A stretch of 33,937 nucleotides of DNA from IMG/VR virus record IMGVR_UViG_3300032330_001413, positions 1-33,937 of that record; one strand, 5' to 3'. The notes beneath the pieces are model-generated. The model made no database searches. It was given only the letters and a program-made list of their open reading frames with translations, and had not been told where the DNA came from. A program made the position numbers and the translations under genes. Of the stretch, positions 24,471 to 33,683 are shown piece after piece; position 1 is the stretch's first letter, and each line of letters starts with the position of its first letter. This DNA comes from a virus (taxonomy: Duplodnaviria > Caudoviricetes).

Positions 24471-25811
24471 TTATGATTTTTTAGGTGCGCTTAGACTATT
24501 AAATTGTATCGTAGTAGGAGCTGCTAAAACATTAGGTCCACCTTGAACACCAGCCATACCCATAGCTTTTTGCATTAAGACATCATCAGATACGCCATAG
24601 TTGCTCATATCTTTTTTAAGGTCTTGGAAATATTTATGTACTAAATTTTGCTGTGCAATAGTCAAACGTGTATCGGCTGCAGTACCTGCGGTAGCAGCTT
24701 TTACGCCAGCAGCGGCAGCGGCAGCGTCATAGTATCGACCATGAGAACCGTACAATTTTTCTGTCATGGCTAACTTCTGAGCTTCACGCTCAGCTTCTTC
24801 TTTCTTCATGCCCAGATTCATTAAGTCCACGACATTTTGACGTTCTTCTTTTTGGGCAGCAGCTTTATCTTGTGCATAGCCCCTAACTGCTTGTGTAGCA
24901 CCTTGACCAATATTAACGGCAGCATAAGGAGAAGTACCGCCAATAATACCAAGACCAGCCTCAAGCAAACGCATATATTTATCTTGTTGACGGGCTGCTT
25001 TACTTTCAGCACTTTGCTCCATAAGCATTTTTTCATACTTATCGTACATACTTTCTTTAGGTGTTGTTTGTGTAATACCCGATTCTTTTGTAGTATCAGA
25101 TGCTGCTTTTGAAAGTATTTTTGGACCAGCAGATGGGCCTTTATCTGTAGGAGGAGCTATTTGTTTAGTTGGATCCATACCAGGTGGAACTGCTGCAGGA
25201 CCTTCTCTATCTTCTTGGTCTTGCGTACGTCCATAAACACGACTTGCTTGAACAGGATCTAATGCTGTTAGATTTTTTGAAAAGCTACCAATTGACGGCA
25301 TATTACGTCTAAACATTACATTTTTACTTAGGTCTGTATCTTGTTCTTCCGCAGCACGTAAATTCTGTAATTTATCTGCAAAACTTAAAGCAGCATATGG
25401 ATCTTTAACATCACTACCATCCGTATCACCAGCAAATGCAACAATACCGCCGCCAGCAAACGATTGCTGACCCATACCGCTAGGTAATGCGGCTACGCCT
25501 TGAGGAGCTTGTAGTGCAGCTACGCCCTGTGGTACTTGTTGTGAAGCCATGCCGGGCATATTCATTGGCATCTGTGGAGCTTCTGCTTTGGTAATTAAAT
25601 CTTGTGCAACTGTAGTTGGTGAAAATTGACCGGGTTGAAGAGCTACCGCATTTTGACGGTTTTGAATTTCAGCCAAAGCCATGAAAGAAGGAACCAAAGG
25701 GTTTGTTCCCCGCGCATACTGAATAAGCTGGTTCATCTTAACTGCTGGATTGCTTAGTTGTTCTGCTACTGCACCGTAACGATCTACACCTTTACCAATT
25801 CCTACGCTCAT
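24471..25811 (-). CDS. Putative internal virion (ejection) protein
   Basis: Ala/Gln/Pro-rich with a FAGGGIVAF motif, a hydrophobic LLEAGLGIIGG segment and a coiled coil. It lies directly upstream of the giant protein gene. Confidence 0.65.
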   Translation of the reverse strand: MSVGIGKGVDRYGAVAEQLSNPAVKMNQLIQYARGTNPLVPSFMALAEIQNRQNAVALQPGQFSPTTVAQDLITKAEAPQMPMNMPGMASQQVPQGVAALQAPQGVAALPSGMGQQSFAGGGIVAFAGDTDGSDVKDPYAALSFADKLQNLRAAEEQDTDLSKNVMFRRNMPSIGSFSKNLTALDPVQASRVYGRTQDQEDREGPAAVPPGMDPTKQIAPPTDKGPSAGPKILSKAASDTTKESGITQTTPKESMYDKYEKMLMEQSAESKAARQQDKYMRLLEAGLGIIGGTSPYAAVNIGQGATQAVRGYAQDKAAAQKEERQNVVDLMNLGMKKEEAEREAQKLAMTEKLYGSHGRYYDAAAAAAGVKAATAGTAADTRLTIAQQNLVHKYFQDLKKDMSNYGVSDDVLMQKAMGMAGVQGGPNVLAAPTTIQFNSLSAPKKS

Positions 25812-27232
25812 GATTTATCTCCCAACAACTTATGTAGACGGATATCAGCCAATCCGCTACCTTCTTTTTCACTAATCTTACCGCCCTTTTTCTTCATTAG
25901 GCCATAAGCAGCTGCGCCAGTCAAACCAAGACCAGATAACTGAGATACAGTACTTGGAGCTGCTTGATAGCTTTGTGTAGATGTGGCTTGCAAGGGGAGA
26001 CCACGCAACAAACCACTCATATTTGCCAACTGCATCATTGGATACTGTTGTGCCGTGGCGTAATTTTGAACGGCTTGATTAATAATTTGCTGCTGCTGTG
26101 CTTGCTGCGCTGCACCTTGTTGTGTTTGAGTACCAATAATGCCTTGTTGTGCTGCAAGTTCTGCACCACCAAGACCGCCCAAAACATTTGCAGCATTTGC
26201 AGCTTGACTATATCCAGCTTGTTGTGCACCAACTCCAGCAAGGCCGGCTTGTGCTCCTTGCATACCCAAGTTAGCGGCTTGACCAGCGCCTTGAAGACCC
26301 ATACCAAGACCTTGCATGGCTTGAGATCCAGCTTGACCAGCGCCTTGTAAACCCATACCATAACCAGTTAGAGCTTGTTGATTACCGGCTAAAGCAGCTT
26401 GGTTGGCGGCATTCATCTGTTGCTGTGCATTTGTATATGCGTTTTGATAGGCATTACCTACTAGTTGATTTTGCGCTAACATTTGGTTTTGTTGATTTAA
26501 ACCTTGCATTAAAGCGTTTCTAGAACCACCAAAAGCACCTTGTTGAGTAGCTGCACCTTGTTGAGCCGCACCCTGCATTCCGTATTGCTGGTTAAGTAAT
26601 TGTTGGGCTGGAGCTAGAGCATTTTGAATATAAGGATTCATGTAAGCGCCAACTGCGCTTGGGCTTGTAGATTGTTGACCTAGACTTGCACCAATGTTTG
26701 CACCTTGTTGTCCCGCTAAAGAACCCAAGCCACCATACATATTAGATAAACCAGCAGCTTGTTGTCCCGCTTGTGCGCCAGCGCCGCCATACAAATTAGA
26801 TAACCCAGCGCCCATTTGACCTGCTCGAGCGCCCATACCACCGTACATACCAGCTTGTCCAGTAGTTCCTAAAGCGCCCATAGCGCTTGTACCCGCAAGA
26901 TTAGAAGCAGCACCATACTGACCAGGAACTCGCAAATTGGCTGCGGAGGATTGTGCTTGTTGCTGTAATGGAGAAAAGCCAGCTACATAATCTTGCGGGT
27001 TAGTACTATACGGGTTATAAGCGTTTATTCCAGTCATCTCGGGATTAAAGATTTGTGACTGTGCAGCTTGCAACATGTTCATTACATATGGTTGCGCATA
27101 TTCTGGAATATTGGTATTAGTTACCGTAGAGGTTGTTGGACCAGAAGGGGCTGAACCGCCGCCACCTCCGGAGTCTCTAAGGACGCCGCCATCGGCAAAC
27201 ATTACTTTTTGTTTCCATCTTAAAATGCTCAT
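25808..27232 (-). CDS. Putative DNA pilot/ejection protein, Gly/Gln/Ala-rich with 18-residue repeats
   Basis: Leader plus SGGGGG, then IPEYAQPY, YMNPY and GAFGGSR motifs. C-terminal hydrophobic GLGLTGAAAYG. Confidence 0.7.
   Translation of the reverse strand: MSILRWKQKVMFADGGVLRDSGGGGGSAPSGPTTSTVTNTNIPEYAQPYVMNMLQAAQSQIFNPEMTGINAYNPYSTNPQDYVAGFSPLQQQAQSSAANLRVPGQYGAASNLAGTSAMGALGTTGQAGMYGGMGARAGQMGAGLSNLYGGAGAQAGQQAAGLSNMYGGLGSLAGQQGANIGASLGQQSTSPSAVGAYMNPYIQNALAPAQQLLNQQYGMQGAAQQGAATQQGAFGGSRNALMQGLNQQNQMLAQNQLVGNAYQNAYTNAQQQMNAANQAALAGNQQALTGYGMGLQGAGQAGSQAMQGLGMGLQGAGQAANLGMQGAQAGLAGVGAQQAGYSQAANAANVLGGLGGAELAAQQGIIGTQTQQGAAQQAQQQQIINQAVQNYATAQQYPMMQLANMSGLLRGLPLQATSTQSYQAAPSTVSQLSGLGLTGAAAYGLMKKKGGKISEKEGSGLADIRLHKLLGDKS
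26277..26360. repeat. 54-nt-period direct repeat encoding GMGLQGAGQA
   Basis: GCTTGACCAGCGCCTTG...ACCCATACCA begins at 26277 and again at 26331. Confidence 0.8.
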
Positions 27233-27639
27233 ATTTTTGTCTCTACAATCGTATAACGTTTATAAAAATCCGAACGGCGTAAAAGTTTTTCCATTGAAGG
27301 TCTAACTGCTGCTTGAATCTTTGTTGCTCCCATTTGATGCACAATAACTTTTAATTGCTCAAGGCTAACTTTACTTATAATTGCTTTGCCTCCAGTAGAT
27401 GTTACAAAAGCCACCCGATCATTTGGGTAATTAATAAATGATACTGTCATAGCACCTTGTATTAATCCTTGCTCATCCACTGCTACTACTAAAATCCACA
27501 TACCACTAGAAAGATATACTTTTACATGGTCTAATGTGTAATCTCCACCTCCACCATACTGCTGTGAGGCATCTATATATTTTTCAACTAAAGGCCAAAT
27601 TTGGGCTACATTATTTGTTGGTATATATCGGATTTCCAT
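27229..27639 (-). CDS. GNAT-fold-like virion assembly protein
   Basis: 136 aa alpha/beta protein (W...F..YP..RVAFV...GG...GATKIQ) directly upstream of the pilot protein, the position T7 gp13/P22 gp14-like genes occupy. Confidence 0.55.
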   Translation of the reverse strand: MEIRYIPTNNVAQIWPLVEKYIDASQQYGGGGDYTLDHVKVYLSSGMWILVVAVDEQGLIQGAMTVSFINYPNDRVAFVTSTGGKAIISKVSLEQLKVIVHQMGATKIQAAVRPSMEKLLRRSDFYKRYTIVETKI

Positions 27640-27641
27640 TT

Positions 27642-29447
27642 TTATGCTGGTAGATCTTTCTCCGCTTTTGAATTAACTGCAAATTTACCTTTACCCATAG
27701 ATTTTTTTCGCTTGGCTTGTACTCTTTCCATCATGGCATAAAGTCGCTTAGCGCCAGCATCTGTGGAACCATTACCTAATTCTGAAACAATTCTAGCAGG
27801 TACTACAAACTCCCCGTCTGCAAGCCTAGCTGGTTGGCGTGCGCCAATTTGTGCGGGGATACCATCTGATACGCCATCTCCAGGACCTTTAAGCAAACGG
27901 CCACCATCAGAGTATGAACCCAAATTAGAAATACCACCGTCAGCAAATGCGGTTAAACCACCACCGGCATAAATTAAATCATCGGGCATTACACCGCCAG
28001 CTTTACCGCCACCACCGTAATCGTAGTTTGTTTGGGGTGCTTGTGCTGCTGCTGCTGCCGCTTGTGCCGCCGCTAATTCATCTTGAAGCTGTTTATAAGC
28101 GGGGGAACCAATCATACCTTTAGGGTCTATAGCATATCCAGCAATTCCAGGTGTTTGCATATTACCCATTGGCGCTCTAGTTGGAATCGGAATACCATTA
28201 TATGGTTGGGCATTGGTTGGATTGTAAGGAGTTTGTGCGTAATTTGTATAAGAGGGGTGATAAATATAATCTGCAGTTTTTCCACCATCTGCCAAACCAG
28301 CAATACCACCTTCAGCCATATGTGCTGTTGGTTCACCTGTTAATGGGTTTGTTTTTGGTTCATAAGAAACTGCGGTTTGTTGGGCAGATGTTGGCATCTG
28401 TGTAGGAGTAGCATAATATGAACGTTGGATTTGGCTTTGTGGGTACATGTCGCCGCCCATAAAATCTACGTTAACTGGACCACCTTGCATCAAACCACCA
28501 TCTGCCCCATAAATTATTGAACGAGGAGATGTTACCGCCGGAGTACCCGTATATGGGTTATATGGAGTTGCAACATAATTGGGGTATGTAGCTTGATAAT
28601 GTGTTGCTGGTGTTGTAGTAATTGTACCCTTATAGTCTGGAGATAAACGCTGTAAAGGTTGATTGACGTTAGTTACAGAACTTGCAGGGGCATTAACGGT
28701 TGGTTGTTTGAATAATGCGCCAGAAACCAAAGGCAAAGCCGCACCCGCTGCAGCTAGGGGATTAGCGGCAATCCCTTTACCAATATCGCCAAGACTTGTA
28801 ATACCTTGAGCAAAACCTTGTTGAGCCGTTGGGTTTACTGCAGCAGCGCCAGCCCCACGCATAATATTCGCAGCTTGGTCTGGATTATTAGCAACCGCAT
28901 TTTGGAATATAGTTTGTTGTTCGGCTGTTAAACCGGAATTAGCTAGTTGGTTTTTAGCTATATCTTGTAAATTTGGTTCAACCATGCCTCGGCTAGCATC
29001 CATAGCCTGACCTTCTAATGCCTTAGCTTGACTTGCTTTAAATGTTTCTTCCGACATATTAGCGCCTTGTTCAGCCAAATCCGCTGCTCCCGCTGCGCCA
29101 ATACTAGAACCTAAACTACCTCCTGCCCATGCACCTAAACCAGCCATAAGACCTTGTTGCAAGCTTCCCGTCATAGCATAATCAGCTAGACCAATACCAC
29201 CAGCTACCAAAGGTAGCATCTCAGGACCAAGGAACGCAGAAGCAGCAACACCTGCTACCATAGGTAAAACAGAGCTTAAAAAGCCAGCTTCGTATAATCC
29301 AGTCTCTGGATTACGTGTTAATGAACCGCCTTGGGACTTAGCAAGGGCTTGTAAACCACCAACTTCATTGGGAGTCATGTGTACCAAAATGGTGTCTTGT
29401 CCACGTCCTTGGGATTGTACGTGTTTTGCTATGTCGTGTAGGCTCAT
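27642..29447 (-). CDS. Putative internal virion protein with repeated A-x-GG motifs
   Basis: GRGQDTILVHMTP.EV...NPETGL.EA N-terminus and hydrophobic Gly-rich helices. C-terminal GPGDGVSDGIPA...RLADGEFVVPA domain. Confidence 0.7.
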   Translation of the reverse strand: MSLHDIAKHVQSQGRGQDTILVHMTPNEVGGLQALAKSQGGSLTRNPETGLYEAGFLSSVLPMVAGVAASAFLGPEMLPLVAGGIGLADYAMTGSLQQGLMAGLGAWAGGSLGSSIGAAGAADLAEQGANMSEETFKASQAKALEGQAMDASRGMVEPNLQDIAKNQLANSGLTAEQQTIFQNAVANNPDQAANIMRGAGAAAVNPTAQQGFAQGITSLGDIGKGIAANPLAAAGAALPLVSGALFKQPTVNAPASSVTNVNQPLQRLSPDYKGTITTTPATHYQATYPNYVATPYNPYTGTPAVTSPRSIIYGADGGLMQGGPVNVDFMGGDMYPQSQIQRSYYATPTQMPTSAQQTAVSYEPKTNPLTGEPTAHMAEGGIAGLADGGKTADYIYHPSYTNYAQTPYNPTNAQPYNGIPIPTRAPMGNMQTPGIAGYAIDPKGMIGSPAYKQLQDELAAAQAAAAAAQAPQTNYDYGGGGKAGGVMPDDLIYAGGGLTAFADGGISNLGSYSDGGRLLKGPGDGVSDGIPAQIGARQPARLADGEFVVPARIVSELGNGSTDAGAKRLYAMMERVQAKRKKSMGKGKFAVNSKAEKDLPA

Positions 29448-29475
29448 ACTTGCCCTTTAATATAGAATTTGGTTG

Positions 29476-29484
29476 ATTTTATCA
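29476..29484 (-). promoter_or_regulatory. Extended -10 promoter (TG-A-TAAAAT) for the ejection-protein genes
   Basis: The minus strand reads TGATAAAAT in the 38-nt gap upstream of the 29447 start. Confidence 0.55.
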
Positions 29485-29485
29485 T

Positions 29486-29791
29486 TTAAACTGCGGTTCC
29501 GGAAGCATTTGCCCACTTAGTTCCAGACCACCAAATGGGTATCCCAAGGGTGGTATCAAAGAATTGCTGACCCACCAATAAGTTTTCTACCGGTCTTTGG
29601 GTTGTTGCGCCAGAATTTGGTATTGAAACTGCTTGGGTAAAGCTATCTATTTGGTTAAAGTAAAGACGCAGGGCATTATTCATCTGGTCTTGGTATTGCT
29701 GACTATACTCGCTTGGAGCAATCAGTAAGTTAGGCGCCTTTGGTGGGCGCAGCGCAAATGTTTTTTGTGGGGTAACGGAAGAAATAGCCAT
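29486..29791 (-). CDS. Small virion/tail-associated protein
   Basis: APNL..AP.EY...NNALRLYFNQ N-terminus and a G.T.QRP...GQQFFDTTLGIPIWW.G..W C-terminal module. Confidence 0.65.
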   Translation of the reverse strand: MAISSVTPQKTFALRPPKAPNLLIAPSEYSQQYQDQMNNALRLYFNQIDSFTQAVSIPNSGATTQRPVENLLVGQQFFDTTLGIPIWWSGTKWANASGTAV

Positions 29792-31896
29792 TAACGCCGT
29801 CCATCCGGTCTAATATCAATTCTAGGCGAGCCAAGCTGCCAAGCCACACCAACACCAGTTGATTCAATTCTAAATGCCATTTGGCGACCACGAAGACGGG
29901 TGTAAACCTGACCATCAAACTTTTGAATTGTATATTCCGGCGCAGTTGTGTAGTTTTGCGCAGATTGAACTTGTGGGTTATCAGCCGGACCGTAAGGGGT
30001 ACCGGAGTTTTGCCGGGGTTTAACCGTCATTGTAACGCTGGGCTGGTTAGTAGTAGAACCATTAAAATTGACGTCAGGAAGAATTCTCCAGACAAAACCA
30101 AAATTATGGCCATCACCAATATCAAAATCAGAACTTTGTACATATGCATCAATAGGTAAAGTTGTAGTAGTTGACAAATCGTCACACCCAATCTCATGAT
30201 ACAAAAGTCTTCCGTTGTAGTCAGCGGCAATAGGGTACGGTTGAGTGCCTGATTGCATCCAAGCGGTGCGTCCCATAGTTCCGTAGTACCAAACTCGGTC
30301 TAAATAGTTATAAATCACATACTTATCGACGACTGTATTTGCACTACTTTGGCTCACGTAGTACCACCAAATCTCATTAAACGCTTCGTTAGCCCCAGCA
30401 AATACTTGGTAGGATTGGTCTTGGTTTATGTCTGCAAAAATGTATTGGCGTAATGAACAAGGTAAAACTTCAACCCGTCCAGAATACATATAAAAACGAT
30501 CCCGACCCATCCAGTACGTTACGTTGTTAACCGTAATCATTGAGTTAGGCGAAATAACAGATATGTTATCCATCAATACTTGGAAACCCCAAACATACGG
30601 AGCACCTAAATACTGCATGGAATACAAGCAAGAATCAGTCCAAACAAGAATCTCTTGACGGGTTGCACGAGCGCCCATGATGTATGAGCCGTTTGTCAGT
30701 AAGTATTCGCCTGATTGGTTGGTTACTTGTGGAACCCATTGATACGCATTAGCTTGATCGGACCAACGAACCAACATAGGATTGAAAGGCTCATTGGCGT
30801 TATTTGGTACATATGACTCAGAACCAAATGCAATAACAAACTCTTGAATAGCCGAAGTAATAACTTGATAAGTTGCACTTGGCACAAATGCGCCAGCATA
30901 CGAAAAACTATAATTACCAGAGCTTGTTCCAGAAGTTGTTGTTGTAATCGGTACTGTAGTAGAGCCTGTTATGTATGTTGAAGCTACCGCCGTACCAACA
31001 GGCAAGTTAGCGCCTGTGATTTTCATGTAGGGAAATATATTCGGTGCATTAGTAGCGGTAACTGTAATTGAAGAAACGCCAGAACCAAAAGTAGAGGCAT
31101 CTAATAAAGCCGTTGTTTGGTTTGCTAAGTCACTTAGATATTGCGCACGAGTACCAACCCCAGTAGAATCTGCCCAGTAAAATATAGGACCGCCACGAGG
31201 AGCAATAACAAGGTCAGCCCCATAGTTATCGTTAGACCAAAGGCGAAGCTGTTGACCAATACCAGCAGGGTATGCAGAACCCCAACTACCTCTACTCCAA
31301 GGACCTGCGCCCCAGCCTGTACCAATTGTATATACGTTTAGTCCCGATGGATATTCATAAGCAGCGGTAACTGTGCCGCCGCCTGTAGCAGTTGAGCTTG
31401 CATTTGATGCGGCAGTGATTGTGTAAGTTGTAGCGCTGGGAACAGACTGTACTTTATAGTCTCCAGAAATAGTTAAACCGCCTACCGCTGAACCGCCAGA
31501 AAAAGTTACAAAATCACCAGCACCGGGATTATAGGAAGAATCAGTCACTGTAACTGTGGGCGATCCAGAAACAGTCGCAAAAGGGTTTGTTAGAATATCC
31601 GTTTGGATAATTGGGGTAATGTCGTTATATACGCCCGCATAATAGATGTAATATTTTGTATTGGTACCTAGCCCAATATACGCAGCACCGGCGCCAGCAT
31701 CTGCATCTGACCATATCCAAATAGAACGACACACGCCGTCAAACTGACTATTAGTAATTTGTTGCCAGCCACCTATTTTTTCAGGAAAGCCGGAACGAAA
31801 ACGTACTTTATCTCCATCATACCAACCGCCCTCGTTTGAGTAATCAGTACCTTCTCGGTTAAGCCCTGGACGAAATTGTAGTTTTTGTAATGGCAT
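29791..31896 (-). CDS. Tail nozzle / packaged-DNA stabilisation protein (P22 gp10-like, beta-propeller)
   Basis: MPLQKLQFRPG...VRFR.G.PEKIGGW, VRWSDQ and FNEIWW motifs. Thr/Ser-rich inserted beta domains; it ends DIRPDGRR. Confidence 0.7.
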   Translation of the reverse strand: MPLQKLQFRPGLNREGTDYSNEGGWYDGDKVRFRSGFPEKIGGWQQITNSQFDGVCRSIWIWSDADAGAGAAYIGLGTNTKYYIYYAGVYNDITPIIQTDILTNPFATVSGSPTVTVTDSSYNPGAGDFVTFSGGSAVGGLTISGDYKVQSVPSATTYTITAASNASSTATGGGTVTAAYEYPSGLNVYTIGTGWGAGPWSRGSWGSAYPAGIGQQLRLWSNDNYGADLVIAPRGGPIFYWADSTGVGTRAQYLSDLANQTTALLDASTFGSGVSSITVTATNAPNIFPYMKITGANLPVGTAVASTYITGSTTVPITTTTSGTSSGNYSFSYAGAFVPSATYQVITSAIQEFVIAFGSESYVPNNANEPFNPMLVRWSDQANAYQWVPQVTNQSGEYLLTNGSYIMGARATRQEILVWTDSCLYSMQYLGAPYVWGFQVLMDNISVISPNSMITVNNVTYWMGRDRFYMYSGRVEVLPCSLRQYIFADINQDQSYQVFAGANEAFNEIWWYYVSQSSANTVVDKYVIYNYLDRVWYYGTMGRTAWMQSGTQPYPIAADYNGRLLYHEIGCDDLSTTTTLPIDAYVQSSDFDIGDGHNFGFVWRILPDVNFNGSTTNQPSVTMTVKPRQNSGTPYGPADNPQVQSAQNYTTAPEYTIQKFDGQVYTRLRGRQMAFRIESTGVGVAWQLGSPRIDIRPDGRR

Positions 31897-31907
31897 AATT
31901 TACACAC

Positions 31908-32501
31908 TTATCCTAAGACTGACAGCGCTTTTGATATTTTGGCTTTGCGGTCATCAAGTCCAAGTAAACCGCCATTAATACGCTTTGTCATTGTATCGTA
32001 ATCTTTACTATCAGCCAAGGAATTTAGTCCTTTTTTGTTCCAGAACCATCCGGCAGATAAAGCAGCATACTTAGGATCAAGAAGGTAATCAGGATTGTTA
32101 ACAAGATCCACATTAATACTAGTTCCGCAATTGACATAGTTTTCCTTACCAGTCAGTTGAATTAATCCTCGTCCGTGATATTTCCAGCCATCGCCAGATT
32201 CTTCATCACCATTACCCATACGTCCAGCATATACTTTGTTAGCTATTTTTTCTGGGTTGTTTGCATAAGCTTCAGCCACCACTCCATCAGTAAATCTGCT
32301 GGGCCAAACACGCATAAGTTGAGCAGCGGAGTAATGTAAGTTTTCTTCCAATATTCTAAAATTTCCAGATTCATGTGCGCACTGTCCTACAAAAAAAGCC
32401 TGCCGTGCAGGGGTAGAGATATCGTATTTAGAAAAAACAACATTTAGCGGGTCGAGCCATTTAGCATCAATGCCAAGAGCGGAAAGCTGCGTATCGTTCA
32501 T
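31908..32501 (-). CDS. Glycoside hydrolase family 19 endolysin
   Basis: FVGQCAHESGNF..LEENL.YS, YHGRGLIQLTG..NY, SAGWFW and TKRINGG. Confidence 0.92.
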   Translation of the reverse strand: MNDTQLSALGIDAKWLDPLNVVFSKYDISTPARQAFFVGQCAHESGNFRILEENLHYSAAQLMRVWPSRFTDGVVAEAYANNPEKIANKVYAGRMGNGDEESGDGWKYHGRGLIQLTGKENYVNCGTSINVDLVNNPDYLLDPKYAALSAGWFWNKKGLNSLADSKDYDTMTKRINGGLLGLDDRKAKISKALSVLG

Positions 32502-32911
32502 TTAATACCCATTTGCTCATTAAGCCACTTCTGTAGTTCTACTAGTTGGAGCGTGGTTTGAGCGCACTGTCCAGCAAGTTCGTTGTAGGCGGAGATAACA
32601 TCAATTGACTTGGGGGCTGGGGAAATGCCGGACATGGAACTGCTACCATTGTTGTTCCACACGCTTGTAGACTTATAGTAATTACGCAGAGTATTAAGCT
32701 TCGCATCATATTCATTTTGAATTCCTTTAGTAACTAGTTCGTGTTGTTTTTGGATTGATTCAACTTTGGCTTCTTGTGTTTTGGCTGTGGCTTCGACTTC
32801 TTTTTTAAATGCCATATAGTCAACATTCCGTACATGCCAGCCGTAAGCAAAAGCACTGAGTATAAGTAAAATAGAAGCACCAATTTTGACATAAAAGATA
32901 GCTGGAAACAT
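32498..32911 (-). CDS. Rz: Rz-like inner-membrane spanin
   Basis: An N-terminal TM helix followed by a coiled coil. It is adjacent to the endolysin and contains an embedded lipoprotein gene. Confidence 0.8.
   Translation of the reverse strand: MFPAIFYVKIGASILLILSAFAYGWHVRNVDYMAFKKEVEATAKTQEAKVESIQKQHELVTKGIQNEYDAKLNTLRNYYKSTSVWNNNGSSSMSGISPAPKSIDVISAYNELAGQCAQTTLQLVELQKWLNEQMGIK
32542..32715 (-). CDS. Rz1: Rz1-like outer-membrane lipoprotein spanin, embedded in Rz (absent from the ORF track)
   Basis: MNMMRSLILCVITISLQA-CGTTMVAVPCPAFPQPPSQLMLSPPTTNLLDSALKPRSN: lipobox LQAC, Pro-rich mature part, RBS AAAGGA. Confidence 0.85.
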   Translation of the reverse strand: MNMMRSLILCVITISLQACGTTMVAVPCPAFPQPPSQLMLSPPTTNLLDSALKPRSN

Positions 32912-33463
32912 TTATCTAAACCCCGAAACACGTGGGCTAAACACAAACGTAGCTTGCCATTGATCCGGTTTTGGTTCTACGTTTGGATCGGCTAAACCCA
33001 TGATATTCCACCCAAAATTACAATATAAACAACGAGAAAAACCAATAGGCTTTACCCAACGAAATTGAAACAACCCATTAGAAGTAACTAAACACCAGCC
33101 CGCTTTTGCATTGTCATTATCTTTAATTGTTGGGTCGCCTTTAATGACAGTGATATACGGCGCTGATATATACCTTAATGCAAAAGAATAGGCGGGGTTG
33201 CGCCATAACCAATGCACGTGGCTCCAATAATTCCTCTCTGGAAAAAACTGCTGAAAAGTAGCATCGCCGTCTAAAGTATTATCGGGGGTATTAAACCAAT
33301 TTAACCAACTAGGCAGGACAGGACCAACCGCTTGATAACTATGATTGTTGCACCACCATAGCTTATTAACTTTAAACAAAACCATTACTGGCGCAAACAA
33401 TACCGCAACTAAAGTAGTTAATAAAGAAATTGGAATAAGGAACAAATAAACTAAATAAATCAT
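32912..33463 (-). CDS. Conserved Trp-rich phage membrane-anchored protein in the lysis cassette
   Basis: N-terminal TM segment, then LPSWLNWF.TPDN.LDGD...WLWRNPAY...GW motifs. Confidence 0.7.
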   Translation of the reverse strand: MIYLVYLFLIPISLLTTLVAVLFAPVMVLFKVNKLWWCNNHSYQAVGPVLPSWLNWFNTPDNTLDGDATFQQFFPERNYWSHVHWLWRNPAYSFALRYISAPYITVIKGDPTIKDNDNAKAGWCLVTSNGLFQFRWVKPIGFSRCLYCNFGWNIMGLADPNVEPKPDQWQATFVFSPRVSGFR

Positions 33464-33681
33464 TGTGGCTCCGCATCTTTTTTCATCATAACGCTAACAC
33501 CGCTAGCTCCCGACACAATACCCAGCGCTTCTGCTAGCTCCCTTAAATTGACCGAGCCATGCATCACTTCATACCCAGCCAAACCAATAACAGCAACAAA
33601 ACCAAGCAACCAAGTAACTCTACCAATATCGTATGTTTGGTTATCTTTACCAGTAAGGAGGTCTTTGATAATCTTTTGCAT
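33460..33681 (-). CDS. Putative holin
   Basis: 73 aa with two hydrophobic segments and charged termini, at the head of the lysis cassette. Confidence 0.55.
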   Translation of the reverse strand: MQKIIKDLLTGKDNQTYDIGRVTWLLGFVAVIGLAGYEVMHGSVNLRELAEALGIVSGASGVSVMMKKDAEPQ

Positions 33682-33683
33682 TC

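Noticed and set aside
22101-27450. Half-sites GACAGTAT (22101) and ATACTGTC (27441)
   Set aside because: These are isolated 8-mers without a partner half, compatible with chance in 34 kb.
219-33463. Most antisense and alternate-frame ORFs in the track (e.g. 424-777, 8047-8421, 8381-8791, 12199-12474, 22639-23100, 23488-23850, 32734-32946)
   Set aside because: They shadow well-supported genes and I saw no convincing RBS or protein-like motifs. Only 22691-22867 and Rz1 were kept as overlapping genes.
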